Origin: Candidatus Poribacteria bacterium
GTDB lineage: Bacteria > Poribacteria > WGA-4E > WGA-3G
Direction of reading: 5' to 3'
Assembly: GCA_965198235.1 (NCBI GenBank)
Contig: OZ240248.1
Coordinates: 64,001-128,000 of the forward strand
Length of the DNA: 64,000 nucleotides
This document shows positions 54,394 through 64,000 of this stretch, in pieces (within the stretch, counting starts at the first letter, position 1; every line of letters starts with the position of its first letter). A model generated the notes under the pieces. That model was not told where the DNA came from. It did not search any database and saw nothing but the letters and a program-made list of their open reading frames with translations. Both the position numbers and the translations under genes were made by a program.

Positions 54394-54488
54394 TTTTTTA
54401 ATTTTACCTTGCGGAGTAATAAAGGGCGTTTGAACTGTTGTGTGCGTTCCATCTATCCGTCCTCCACTTCGTTACGGACTACGGTTTT
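54394..54488 (-). repeat. TTAAAAA-end hairpin element (long form) abutting the trpC TTG start
   Basis: AAAACCGTAGTCCGTAACGAAGTGGAGGACGG..CCGCAAGGTAAAATTAAAAAA TTG. Confidence 0.75.
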
Positions 54489-54566
54489 GACTGCACAAAT
54501 TAACAGTAACGAACAGCGAGACCTCGCCCCTACAAAAACGGTAGCTTGCAACAACGGCGCAAGCGG

Positions 54567-54745
54567 ACCTTAAGCGGAAACATCTAGTGATACTACCCAC
54601 TACCTAAAGGTAGGGGCTTCGGTTTCATAGCGACTGCGGTTTTCCCAGAGGGTCCGCCGTCTTATTATCGCTCCACCAGCGGGTTCTTATTCCGAATCAG
54701 ATCGGCTTTATCTGGTTTAGGTCCAGGGTACCCCAACCCGCAGAA
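54567..54745 (-). ncRNA. Predicted TnpB omegaRNA (right-end scaffold plus flank-derived guide TAGATGTTTCCGCTTAAGGT)
   Basis: Position between the tnpB 3' end and the right-end hairpin; guide logic from established TnpB biology; 5' limit approximate. Confidence 0.55.
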
Positions 54746-55829
54746 TGTTTATAGCAGCGTTTATGTCTCTGTCGTGGTATGTACTGCAACTTGGACACGT
54801 CCAATATCGGTCTGAAAGCGTTAGGTCTTTGTTGTGATAGCCACAATCAGAGCAAGGTTTTGTTGTAGCTGTCCAACGACCTACTTTCAAGAATGTTTTA
54901 CCATATTTGGCACAAGTCCATTGAAGTATCAATGAGAACTCACCGAAGGCAATATCAGAGATTTTGCGTCCCCAAAGTTTCTTCATGCCTTCAAGGTTGA
55001 GCGTCTCTATCGCAATTTTATCGTATCTGCGAACAAGGCGGAGTGCTAACTTGAAAAACCAGTCCCTTCTACGATCTGCTATATCCTTATGGACGCTGGA
55101 AAGGTGGCGTTTGGCACGAAACCAGCCATTAGAAAGATACTGCTTACGAGAGAGTGCCTTGTTTGCTGAACGGGTTGCGTTGAGACTTTGCTTATAGAAC
55201 TCTGGTGACTCTATCTTGATACCGTCTGAAAGTGTAAGGAATGTTTTAGAACCGAAATCTGCCCCTGCCTCATTACGGGTCAATGGGAGTTTTTCGGAAG
55301 GTTCGCAATCCTCGCAGACAATATAGAGAGAGTAGTCGCCTACATTATCACGTTTGATTGTTATTTTCTTTATCGTGCCTGTCCACTCGCGGTGTTTCCA
55401 AAAGGTGAACGACTTTTTGAGACAGTTGATTGTCAGACGGTTGCCTTCTATTTTGTAACCTGTCTGTGTGAACGTCACGGATTTATATTTATGGTTCGGT
55501 TTGATTTTCGGTTTGCCAACTTTGCGTTTCGTTTTACCTAATTTCCTATCTTCTATGTTGTCAAAGAACCGCTGGTAACCTAAATCTATACGGATAGCAA
55601 CGTCTTGTATCATTTGACTCGGCAAAGCGTTCCAATGTGGTTTTGTTGTCCACTTCAATTGGGTAATATGTTTCAAAATACGAGAAAGTGAAGCATACTT
55701 ACCATAAATCCGATAGTAACGGCGTTGAAGACGCAACAAATGAACATGCACACCGTGCAAATCATCTATAAGATTACCAAGTATGATTATATTGGATTGG
55801 TGATAGAACTCATATTTTTCTGTTTTCAT
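54717..55829 (-). CDS. tnpB: RNA-guided endonuclease TnpB
   Basis: GADFG, IAIETL, DRDINAAINI; CSDC/CPSC zinc finger. Confidence 0.93.
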   Translation of the reverse strand: MKTEKYEFYHQSNIIILGNLIDDLHGVHVHLLRLQRRYYRIYGKYASLSRILKHITQLKWTTKPHWNALPSQMIQDVAIRIDLGYQRFFDNIEDRKLGKTKRKVGKPKIKPNHKYKSVTFTQTGYKIEGNRLTINCLKKSFTFWKHREWTGTIKKITIKRDNVGDYSLYIVCEDCEPSEKLPLTRNEAGADFGSKTFLTLSDGIKIESPEFYKQSLNATRSANKALSRKQYLSNGWFRAKRHLSSVHKDIADRRRDWFFKLALRLVRRYDKIAIETLNLEGMKKLWGRKISDIAFGEFSLILQWTCAKYGKTFLKVGRWTATTKPCSDCGYHNKDLTLSDRYWTCPSCSTYHDRDINAAINILRVGVPWT

Positions 55830-56245
55830 TGTCCGCTTTGACCTTCAATATAGTCTTTTATCACTTGTAGTGTTACACCACCACAGGAACTTACAAATTT
55901 TGAACGCGTCCAAAGTGAAGGTAGACGACTTTTTAGAGACGGGTGTTCTTCACGTAACACTTTTGAGGTGTAACTTTTGATCTTACCAATGATTTTATCT
56001 ACAGAGTCTATCGGAGGTATCTCTATGAGCAAGTGAACATGCTCTGCCTGTGTTTCAACTTCACGAATTTGATAACCATACTCGCCTTGTTTTTCTCGTA
56101 TCAGTTGCTTTAGGCGACCTTGTATTTGAGTATCCAAAACCTTACGACGATACTTGGTACACCAAATTACGTGATATTGACAACTATAGATTGTTTTGTT
56201 TGTTGTTCGGTAATCACGCTTTTTATTAGAGATTTTTAGTGGCAT
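55826..56245 (-). CDS. tnpA: IS200/IS605 Y1 (HUH) transposase
   Basis: YHVIWCTKYRR, EHVHLL, LWTRS, DYIEGQ. Confidence 0.95.
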   Translation of the reverse strand: MPLKISNKKRDYRTTNKTIYSCQYHVIWCTKYRRKVLDTQIQGRLKQLIREKQGEYGYQIREVETQAEHVHLLIEIPPIDSVDKIIGKIKSYTSKVLREEHPSLKSRLPSLWTRSKFVSSCGGVTLQVIKDYIEGQSGQ

Positions 56246-56414
56246 AATATCTTACCTTTCTATTATAGTGTATAGTATATTATACCACATTTTGATTAGA
56301 TTGTCAAATATATTTTCAATCAACGTATTAGCCGTCTACATCCCGCAAGCTAAAGCATGGGGATTTGACGGAAGATTGTTAAACAAATCGCTCTATTTAA
56401 CGCCTTGCGAATAA

Positions 56415-57458
56415 TTAAAAATTGTTTGAGACTGCCTTCAGTCCTTCTAACTTCGCGAGTGCCGCGCCTGAGTCAATGGATTCCGAGGCAAGTTCGATAC
56501 CCGCATCAAGGCTATCCGCTTTCCCGCTCGCAGTAATCGCCGCGCCAGCGTTTAGCACAACGATATCGCGTTTGGGTCCCTTCTCACCCTCCAGGAGATT
56601 GACTATGATTTCAGCGTTCTCCTCCGGCGCGCCACCTAAGAGTGCTTCAGGTTCCGTTCTCGGAATGCCGAGTGTTGTGGGATCCAGGACATAGGTTTTA
56701 ACGGTGCCGTTTCGGAGTTCGGAGACGCGTGAGGTTGTTGTCGTTGTGATGTCATCCAAACCGTCATCCCCACGCACGATAAATGCATGTTGGCACCCGA
56801 GGTTGTTCAGCGCATTCGCATGAGCCTCAGTCAGTTCTGGTGCATAGACACCGATCACCTGTGCCTGCGGTCCTGCCGGATTGGTCAGTGGTGCTATGGT
56901 ATTGAAAATCGTCCGAATCCCGATTTCTCGCCGCGGTCCGATGGCGTATTTCATCGCGCCGTGCAGTGTTGGTGCAAATAGAAAACCGATGCCGACTTCA
57001 TCAATGCATCGTCCGACGTGATCGGGACCAATTTCAATGTTCACGCCCAATGCCATGAGGACGTTCGCGCTACCGCTCTGCCGTGTTACGCCTCGATTGC
57101 CGTGCTTTGCGACCGGCACGTCTGCGCCGGCGGTAACAATGGCAGAAGTTGTTGAGATATTGAAATGGTTTAAACCTGTGCCACCTGTGCTACATGTATC
57201 GACAAGTCGTGGGACCTTCGGCGTGGCTTGCAAGTCAGGCGTATGAAGTGTGGGAACAAGCGTGGCTTTGGCGCGCATCGCACGCGTTGCCCCTGTCAGT
57301 TCTTCTATTGTCTCGCCTTTAAGCCGCAATGCGGTAAGAAAACATGCGATCTGAGCATCTGTCGTCTCACCCTCCATGATCTCGTTCATGGTATCAATCA
57401 TTTCTGCTTCGGTTAAAGCATTTCCTGCCATAACCTGCTGAATCGCTTCACGAATCAT
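56415..57458 (-). CDS. trpD: Anthranilate phosphoribosyltransferase
   Basis: DTCSTGG, FNIST, KHGNR, IRTIFN, NPAG. Confidence 0.97.
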   Translation of the reverse strand: MIREAIQQVMAGNALTEAEMIDTMNEIMEGETTDAQIACFLTALRLKGETIEELTGATRAMRAKATLVPTLHTPDLQATPKVPRLVDTCSTGGTGLNHFNISTTSAIVTAGADVPVAKHGNRGVTRQSGSANVLMALGVNIEIGPDHVGRCIDEVGIGFLFAPTLHGAMKYAIGPRREIGIRTIFNTIAPLTNPAGPQAQVIGVYAPELTEAHANALNNLGCQHAFIVRGDDGLDDITTTTTSRVSELRNGTVKTYVLDPTTLGIPRTEPEALLGGAPEENAEIIVNLLEGEKGPKRDIVVLNAGAAITASGKADSLDAGIELASESIDSGAALAKLEGLKAVSNNF

Positions 57459-57459
57459 C

Positions 57460-57541
57460 TTTTTAATTTTAACCTCCTGGACTAAAGAAATCCGAAGAAA
57501 TACCCAAGCAAAAACCCCTCCATTTCATTTCGGGCAGGTTT
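57460..57541 (-). repeat. TTAAAAA-end hairpin element abutting the trpD start codon
   Basis: AAACCTGCCCGAAATGAAATGGAGGGG..CCAGGAGGTTAAAATTAAAAA G ATG. Confidence 0.7.
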
Positions 57542-57554
57542 ATCGCGACTTTTT

Positions 57555-58388
57555 TCAGTAATTTTTGATAAACAACTCGTTTCCTTTTGCCGCATTCCCT
57601 TTCCGGTAATTGTTCATCCCGTATTGTAACGTCCATTCCTGAATCTCGGCAAAATCGAAGAGTTCCCTGATGGCAGGTGAGTCGTCGTATGTAATCAACC
57701 ACTTGTGCGGACATTTTCGCATATTTTCGGCGAATTGCACGTGGTCAAAAGCGGTATGCAACACGCCTCTCACCCCGTATAGTTTCGACTCAGTTGCTCT
57801 CCAATAGGGCGGATCCAGAAAGATGAATACATCGCTGCCATCTTGGAAAAGTGCGTCGGTATAATCCGCATTCGTGATTTTGACATCGGAAAGATAGGGA
57901 CAGATATTTTTCACACGTTCGATGGATGAATCCGTAAAACGCTTCTCGTAAGCAGATTGTGAGTATCCGCCGGAATCCACCACACCAGAAAAAGTAATGC
58001 GGTTGAGCACGAAGAAGCGCACCGCGCGTTGAAACTCACAGAGTAACTCTCGATTTTGGCTCAGTTCATCTTTTGTCTTTGTTAATTCTTTAAACAGGGT
58101 CCGTCCGTTTGTGGTAGTTGTCCGTTTTTCTTTTAATGCTTCAACTAAACTGGGTCCCTGGTCTCTGACCTGTTTCCAGAAGCAGTAGAGATCGTAGTTG
58201 AGATCGTTAATCCAGTAGGAGGTGATCCGGTTTTGAAAGAGGCTTCGGATCGCAAAAAAGACAGAACCTCCACCGACGAAAGGCTCTCGGAATTCCGATA
58301 TATTCAGTGGAATCAGCGGCAGAATCTGTTTGAGTGCCCTTGATTTACCCCCTGGATACCGCAACGGACTTTTGGCTAATTTACGCAT
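57555..58388 (-). CDS. Dam-like (D12 class) adenine DNA methyltransferase
   Basis: PLRYPGGKS, EPFVGGGSV, FLDPPY. Confidence 0.92.
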   Translation of the reverse strand: MRKLAKSPLRYPGGKSRALKQILPLIPLNISEFREPFVGGGSVFFAIRSLFQNRITSYWINDLNYDLYCFWKQVRDQGPSLVEALKEKRTTTTNGRTLFKELTKTKDELSQNRELLCEFQRAVRFFVLNRITFSGVVDSGGYSQSAYEKRFTDSSIERVKNICPYLSDVKITNADYTDALFQDGSDVFIFLDPPYWRATESKLYGVRGVLHTAFDHVQFAENMRKCPHKWLITYDDSPAIRELFDFAEIQEWTLQYGMNNYRKGNAAKGNELFIKNY

Positions 58389-59523
58389 GACGACCTGTTA
58401 TCCATACTTGTAATTTGTTATTTTCACCCACTTCTTGGTTAAGCAAAATGAGTCTTTTTTGATATGTTCGCGTCAAGCGATTTTCTGCACAAAAATTGAA
58501 CACATCCTCAGTGTCACAAGGTAAAAGTAGGTTACCAACGAGATCACCTGTTAGTTTCAATCGGGTGATAAACTGGATATTTGTCCTTTCGTCTATTGCT
58601 ACTTCTTCCATATTCGCAAAAAGAATCAGTTTGAACAAACCATCCTTGATGTCATCTTCAGACGGAAGTTTCCCCTTGCTACTGTTTTTAGATTCTTGTA
58701 TGACTAACCGGTCATTCTCCCAGTAAACTTCATCAGCGGTTAAATAATACTGCCCGCCGAGATAGTTTGAAATGCCGAAAACGCCGTTAGTATTTTCTTC
58801 AAGGGATTCTAAGACGTGCGTTGTTACAGATTCTCTATGGGCAGCTTGGTACGAGCGTGGGAGACTTGCTTCTTTAAATGAGTTTAGACTAAAATGACCG
58901 TTTACTTTAAACCTTTCAAGAGTCTGTAGATGGTTTTTGGGACTGTGAACGGCGACGTTTCTCTCTTGGGATATTCTCTTGTATCCATCAACCGCGTTCA
59001 GATAAATTGACGCAAAATCTTTCTCGAAATGTGTCGTGTTCCAGTGCAACGCCGTCATCCGATACTGACTTACTTCAAACAATTTCTTACGTACGCTTTC
59101 AGCATTTAGGATCTGATCGGTAATTCGGTTTGTTGTGCCAGGTTTTCTCTCCGCATCTTCATACCACGCCAAGATGATATATATGTTTAGGAGATTCATC
59201 CATGAGAATGTGATAAAGTTAATCCGATCATTATTCTGGGTCCCCGCGCCCTCGTCTTTGATGATCGGAATAATTGTAACCTTTTTTGTATTGAAGTGGA
59301 ACGTGTTATAAATCCGTGCGAAAGGGTAAGAGCGCGTCCGTTTCGGTGAAACCCATTTTGAAAAAGCCAGATTGTTTCCTGATGTGCCCAAATCAATTAG
59401 ACCGGATGCCCGTGCTTGATTCACATCAAATTGATTTACATCGTACGCTTCAAATTTCTCTGGATTGAGATAGGGTGTATATGTCGCATCTCTTATGAAA
59501 CCTTTCAAAAAGAGGGTCTCCAT
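58381..59523 (-). CDS. Putative restriction endonuclease partner of the Dam-like MTase
   Basis: Overlaps the MTase start; TADEV..IQESKN PD-(D/E)xK-like motif; RBS GGAGG. Confidence 0.6.
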   Translation of the reverse strand: METLFLKGFIRDATYTPYLNPEKFEAYDVNQFDVNQARASGLIDLGTSGNNLAFSKWVSPKRTRSYPFARIYNTFHFNTKKVTIIPIIKDEGAGTQNNDRINFITFSWMNLLNIYIILAWYEDAERKPGTTNRITDQILNAESVRKKLFEVSQYRMTALHWNTTHFEKDFASIYLNAVDGYKRISQERNVAVHSPKNHLQTLERFKVNGHFSLNSFKEASLPRSYQAAHRESVTTHVLESLEENTNGVFGISNYLGGQYYLTADEVYWENDRLVIQESKNSSKGKLPSEDDIKDGLFKLILFANMEEVAIDERTNIQFITRLKLTGDLVGNLLLPCDTEDVFNFCAENRLTRTYQKRLILLNQEVGENNKLQVWITGRHA

Positions 59524-59752
59524 TGGATGCCTCCACGTTGAAAAAATTTGGTGGTGTTCCCCTAAAGGGGTGTTTTCCATTCTTAAAGTATAGCACGCTT
59601 TGTTTGAGTTTTCAACCTGCTCACCCAGAATCGCCAAATTACCCATTTATTTTCTTAAACTTCATGAGGGGTGATATCCCTATAAAAAGAGCGTATTTAA
59701 GCGACTGCCAGCCGCAGAAAGTGCTATGTCTATAATAGGTAGCAACCTACGG

Positions 59753-61678
59753 TTAAAATAAAAACCGGTACATCGGTTGATTTGCCGTAATTCCTATGAG
59801 GCTCCATACGCTACCGACGATGAATTCGCCTAAAATCAGACCAAGAAAGAACGGAATAAGTTTTCGGTGGGCACTCACACCACCGTGCCGAAGAATAATC
59901 CATTTGATGACTGAGCTCACTAAAATCGAAAACCAGAACACATTCATTGACCAGCTGCTGGAGATAGCGAACCCAGCGGGGTGAAAGGGCCACCAAAAGA
60001 GCCGCATCCGCATTACCATCAGGAAGCCGGTGATGAGGAAACCGATACACATTGCAACGATTGCTGGTACATCTGGTGTTCTCGGCGAGGTCAGCCAACT
60101 TTGGAGTCGATTGAAAGGTCTCCCGGCGAACCAGTCCCGCGCGCCTTCAATGTAAGAAATATGATAGAATGCCCAAAATGAGGCGAATGTCCCGACGACA
60201 ATTGCAAGGCACATTGCAATTAGCAACCGTCGATTGGAAATTCCGGTTCGTTCCGCTAATTTAAATCCTTCCAAGATGTGTGGCATCGGATGTCCACGAT
60301 AGGCGCGATTGAAGAAGAACAGGTACGCTATTATGGTTAAGTTGTGCGGACCGAGCAGGCGCGTTCCGAAAATGCGAGGCATCATCTCATCAGGTCCGAT
60401 GAAATGCAAATCGTGGACAGGCGATCCGAGCTCCGCACGCATTCGGGTCACCGCCGTAGAGATGGCATAATAGATACCAAAAAATACAAGGACCACCCAG
60501 ATAGACATCCCCGCCGTTTTGCAGAAGCCAACGATAAACGCAAGACTCGCGATCAGTCCTAACACTGTCACTCGATAGGACATCGGTTCGTCTGAGTCAT
60601 CAACACTCCGATCATTTCTAAATAACTTGCGTCCGACTTGTGCGAGGTGTTTTCGCGTCGCCACAATCGCGATGACAAACAAGCCGAGATATGCCCCAAA
60701 AGATTGTTCATCGGTGAAAGGGAAGTTTGGCATGCCGCGGACCCCTAAGGCATCTCCGAAGACTCGTTCTACCTTCCAAAAGAGATAGAAAAACCAGCAG
60801 GAAAACGACAAGTCCAGCGGAATAAAGAAAGCGATGCCTACCGCGAACGGAAACACAGCTATCGGGCTCCATCCCACAGCACTCCACGGTTTCTGTGTAA
60901 AGAGCGGACGTAAATCGTAGAGTCTGCCACCCAAACTCGGCACGGTGGGATAGAGGTAGTGAAGTCCATTGAGGATGTCAATTGCACCTGCGATGCCAAA
61001 GCCGAGCCACATCATCTTATTCGTCAGCAAGTTTGTTCTACCGCCACTTGTCAGTTCAAGTGGTAGTTGAATAATGGGGTAGCTCAGTTTCTCGTGCTCT
61101 GTCCACTGTTTCCGGACGAGGCTGTTAATACACACCATCAGGAAGACCATTGCACATAGGAAGCCTCCCCAGACAAAAGTTGTTGTCAGCCATCCTTGTA
61201 TAGTTTCCCATTGGTAAAGGGTTGTTTCGCCGCGATAATACTCCGTTAAGAAAGATCTTGCCTTGACAGCCATCCAATCGGGGATATACCGATGAAACAG
61301 ATCTGCCCAGTCATTTTCTGGTGTCGCGTACCAGAACGCATACGGAATCATCGGGATCAATACGCGAAGTACATCGTGTCCTGCGAGGGAGGAAGCAATC
61401 GCCAACATAACATAAATCGTCAGCAATTCGCCTTGCTGCATTGCAACCCTTGGTGCTATCCGGACTAAGAAGAGATTAACACCTATGATAGCAAAGATGC
61501 AGAAGATGACGTTAAAGTAGAGAGAGATAGTGGTCGGATACCCTTGGCCGGCAGAGTCCAGAATCCAGTACATGTTTGGGATGATAAGGACAGTACCGAG
61601 TAGAATCGCTCGCCAGGATGCTCCATATTTGGAGGGTTCTCTGAATCTGTGAGGTTCTGAGGTTAATTCACTTTTCAA
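59753..61678 (-). CDS. DUF6785/DUF6784-like polytopic membrane protein (putative transporter)
   Basis: RKQWTEHEKLSYPI, RMRAELG, WWPFHPAG, PFFLGLILGE; many TM helices. Confidence 0.75.
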   Translation of the reverse strand: MKSELTSEPHRFREPSKYGASWRAILLGTVLIIPNMYWILDSAGQGYPTTISLYFNVIFCIFAIIGVNLFLVRIAPRVAMQQGELLTIYVMLAIASSLAGHDVLRVLIPMIPYAFWYATPENDWADLFHRYIPDWMAVKARSFLTEYYRGETTLYQWETIQGWLTTTFVWGGFLCAMVFLMVCINSLVRKQWTEHEKLSYPIIQLPLELTSGGRTNLLTNKMMWLGFGIAGAIDILNGLHYLYPTVPSLGGRLYDLRPLFTQKPWSAVGWSPIAVFPFAVGIAFFIPLDLSFSCWFFYLFWKVERVFGDALGVRGMPNFPFTDEQSFGAYLGLFVIAIVATRKHLAQVGRKLFRNDRSVDDSDEPMSYRVTVLGLIASLAFIVGFCKTAGMSIWVVLVFFGIYYAISTAVTRMRAELGSPVHDLHFIGPDEMMPRIFGTRLLGPHNLTIIAYLFFFNRAYRGHPMPHILEGFKLAERTGISNRRLLIAMCLAIVVGTFASFWAFYHISYIEGARDWFAGRPFNRLQSWLTSPRTPDVPAIVAMCIGFLITGFLMVMRMRLFWWPFHPAGFAISSSWSMNVFWFSILVSSVIKWIILRHGGVSAHRKLIPFFLGLILGEFIVGSVWSLIGITANQPMYRFLF

Positions 61679-61915
61679 ATTGCGTGACGCTACCTCTCTA
61701 TAACACGTCTGTTAGCACTTGGATGGAGATTAACCAGAGTCCTTCGTTGAGGGCTCTGTCGGACACTTTTCCTTCAAATTAAATGTATTTTTACCGATTG
61801 CGAAAATAAAATTGCTTTGAAATTTTTTCGGTGTGTCCTGTATAATAATAATAATATGATTTGAATCTCGATCAACAGATCGAGGCTATTTTTAGCACGC
61901 CAAAGGATAAACGCT

Positions 61916-62752
61916 ATGGATACTACAACAGATCTTAATCAAGCAGCAGTCTTTACGCCGGAGCATAAGGAATTTGTCGAAAACAATGGGTATCTGCTAA
62001 TAAGAAATGCCTTACCCCGTGATGTAGTCGCGGAAATTGATGCTGCCGTTGACGAGGTTTATGCTGAAGAGGAAGCCGCGGGCAGACTTGAGGATGGTGG
62101 TAAATTAAACCTCCGTAACTGCATCACGCACCACGAGGCGTTTCTCCAACTCCTTGATTGGCAGAAAACGGTGCCGCTCGCCTACGGGGTTCTCAATTGG
62201 AACGTACAGATGATTACGTCGCACCTCATTGTACTCCCCTCAAAAGAGGAACCGCCTCCTGAGGTGAAGAACCGCATCGGCTTGCACCGCGACGGTGGCA
62301 CGTCACATGGCGAGATGCAGGAACCCCACCCTCGCATCATGCTCAAGATTGCTTACGCCATCAACGACCAGTCCGACCCTGGCTCCGGTGCGACCGTGCT
62401 GGTCCCGGGGAGTAACCGATTGACAGGCAGACCCCCACTTGACCCAGATACAGGCTGGGCACGAGGTGCCATTTCTATGAACGTCAACGCGGGAGATGCC
62501 TTCCTCTTTGAACAACGAACATGGCACGGCATTGGACACAACTGGTCGGGTCTGCCACGCAAAACCATTTTTATGGGATATGCTTACCGCTGGGTCAAAC
62601 CGATGGATTATATCACGATGCCTGATGAACTCGTTGCCAAATGCAACCCAATTCAGAAGCAGTTGATTGGGGTCGTCAGTGATCCGCTCAGTTACTATCT
62701 GCCGAAAGATCAGGATGTACCGCTGCGCTCATTACTTGGTTCACAGGGTTAG
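61916..62752 (+). CDS. Phytanoyl-CoA dioxygenase family protein
   Basis: NGYLLI, LHRDG, VPGSN, AGDAFLFEQRTWH. Confidence 0.9.
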   Translation: MDTTTDLNQAAVFTPEHKEFVENNGYLLIRNALPRDVVAEIDAAVDEVYAEEEAAGRLEDGGKLNLRNCITHHEAFLQLLDWQKTVPLAYGVLNWNVQMITSHLIVLPSKEEPPPEVKNRIGLHRDGGTSHGEMQEPHPRIMLKIAYAINDQSDPGSGATVLVPGSNRLTGRPPLDPDTGWARGAISMNVNAGDAFLFEQRTWHGIGHNWSGLPRKTIFMGYAYRWVKPMDYITMPDELVAKCNPIQKQLIGVVSDPLSYYLPKDQDVPLRSLLGSQG

Positions 62753-62792
62753 CTGGTAAACCTATATTGCAAAATGAGGGAGCATCCACTCC

Positions 62793-63698
62793 CTATTCAA
62801 GTTCGCTTTTGAGCGAAAGGCTGTAGTCGAGCAGCGCGTTTGCATACGGTATGTTGTGAAGCCCGTACCCATTGTCGCCTTTAACCATGTCGTAGTTCAG
62901 TTTTGCGTCCAAATAGGCTTGCGAAGTTTTATTAGGGGCAGCATCAAGCATTGTTTTAACAGCCTGCATCTTTGCCTCTATTTCGGCACGGTATTGTGGT
63001 AACTTTGTCTCCATACTGTTGTCGGCACTATCGTGGCAACCCGCGGTGCTACATACCGAGAAATCCGCTTTGAATGTGTGGCCCCCGTATTGAGCGACTG
63101 TCTCTGGATCCTCTTTTGCCATGTGGCATTGCACGCATCGTTTTTTCATCGCGCGCACATGTGGCGATGGCATCCGTTTCACACCGGCACCCTCGCGACC
63201 CAGGAACATCTCCGACTGTGATTGGTGAATGATACCAGCACCTGCACAACCACAGTCCATTTTATGGCAGTCAACACATAACTTCCTCGCAGGTCTCACC
63301 AGTAAATGTTCCGATCTGCTGTTGTGTGAATGGCATGAGGAGCAGGCAACGGCATTCACCGCCGTCTCTATGTTATAGGTATGCCCTGGGTAAACCCGAT
63401 CGCTGAAAACTTCATAGCCAGAAGAGTGGCAGCTTAGGCACGAGGTCTGGAGCTCATAGGGACCCTCAATCAGGTTGACAAGGGCGTGTGAGTGCCCCGC
63501 TTGCTTCCATTCTTGATAGGCAGGTTCAGTGCCGTGACATTTGTTGCATCCTTCAGCAAAGGGTGTTGTTGGGTTAGACGTAGCCGCCTCTATAGGTGCT
63601 GCGTGCAGTGTCGCAATATTGTCATTGCCACAAAGTGTAAAAAGGGCAACCGTTCCCATCAGTAGGGACAACCCTAAAAATAAGAAAACCTGTTTCAT
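62793..63698 (-). CDS. Multiheme cytochrome c (5 CxxCH plus 1 CxxxxCH)
   Basis: CNKCH, CLSCH, CSSCH, CVDCH, CVQCH, CSTAGCH; signal peptide. Confidence 0.9.
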   Translation of the reverse strand: MKQVFLFLGLSLLMGTVALFTLCGNDNIATLHAAPIEAATSNPTTPFAEGCNKCHGTEPAYQEWKQAGHSHALVNLIEGPYELQTSCLSCHSSGYEVFSDRVYPGHTYNIETAVNAVACSSCHSHNSRSEHLLVRPARKLCVDCHKMDCGCAGAGIIHQSQSEMFLGREGAGVKRMPSPHVRAMKKRCVQCHMAKEDPETVAQYGGHTFKADFSVCSTAGCHDSADNSMETKLPQYRAEIEAKMQAVKTMLDAAPNKTSQAYLDAKLNYDMVKGDNGYGLHNIPYANALLDYSLSLKSELE

Positions 63699-63750
63699 TT
63701 TTTAATTTATTGCTCCTGGGCACCGCTCCATTTCATTACGCGGTGGTTTT
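63699..63750 (-). repeat. TTAAAAA-end hairpin element abutting the cytochrome start codon
   Basis: AAAAC CACCG CGTAATGAAATGGAG CGGTG CCCAGGAGCAATAAATTAAAAA ATG. Confidence 0.75.
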
Positions 63751-63844
63751 CGGTGATCCTATACCTATTTTGGATCTTAGAGATTTTTTTAATTTGGTTA
63801 CCCGTTAACAATGAGATGGAATGAACGTTTGGTATACGCTTCGC

Positions 63845-63931
63845 ACAGGTTTCCCCGACCTTAGGTGGGGGTAGTTGACCAAAGCAGATGTTCTATACGA
63901 ACCCCATTGCTTTAGCCGCCGGAGCATATCA
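63845..63931 (+). mobile_element. Orphan IS200/IS605-type right end(s) without tnpB
   Basis: ACAGGTTTCCCCGACCTTAGGTGGGGGTAGTTGAC resembles the right end at 14209; a second degenerate end GAACCCCATTGCTTTAGCCGCCGGAGCATATCA follows. Confidence 0.6.
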
Positions 63932-64000
63932 GTATACCTTATCTTGATTAAATATGATACCTGATTTTATGAAATATGTCAATTTTTAATTATTCCTTGC

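Larger units (their letters stand above)
54587..56378 (-). mobile_element. IS200/IS605-family element (tnpA-tnpB) between trpD and trpC
   Basis: Right end GCCCCTACCTTTAGGTAGTGGGTAGTATCAC; left hairpin CCGTCAAATCCCCATGCTTTAGCTTGCGGGATGTAGACGG after TTTAA; boundaries inferred. Confidence 0.85.

Overview
A 64-kb bacterial chromosomal window with no rRNA genes and no CRISPR array. The gene content suggests Candidatus Poribacteria (inference): two phytanoyl-CoA dioxygenases, several Gfo/Idh/MocA and enolase-superfamily enzymes, a lamin-tail surface protein ending K-x-x-x-TWGxLK, a DUF6785-like membrane protein and a large TPR protein. It holds housekeeping genes (obgE, proB, proA, tilS, hpt, rbsK, birA, trpC, trpD) and three tRNAs. 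It also holds two IS200/IS605 elements with intact TnpB, orphan TnpB-type right ends, two putative restriction-modification pairs and an orphan methyltransferase. The most striking signals are non-coding. (1) A family of 50-95 bp hairpin elements with covarying stems ends in TTAAAAA, and those ends lie on the start codon of six genes or at the stop codon of three, sometimes supplying the codon. (2) A ~300-bp MITE-like element has 16-bp inverted ends, apparent ~19-bp target duplications and split GTAG-REP palindromes whose ~70-nt inserts keep their length but not their sequence. Unusual proteins include an ECF-like sigma factor with a duplicated region 4 next to an HTH gene and a surface protein, a PorV-like barrel fused to a lytic transglycosylase, a TsdA-like diheme cytochrome and a Gly-Asn repeat protein. 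All family assignments come from motif recognition, not database searches.
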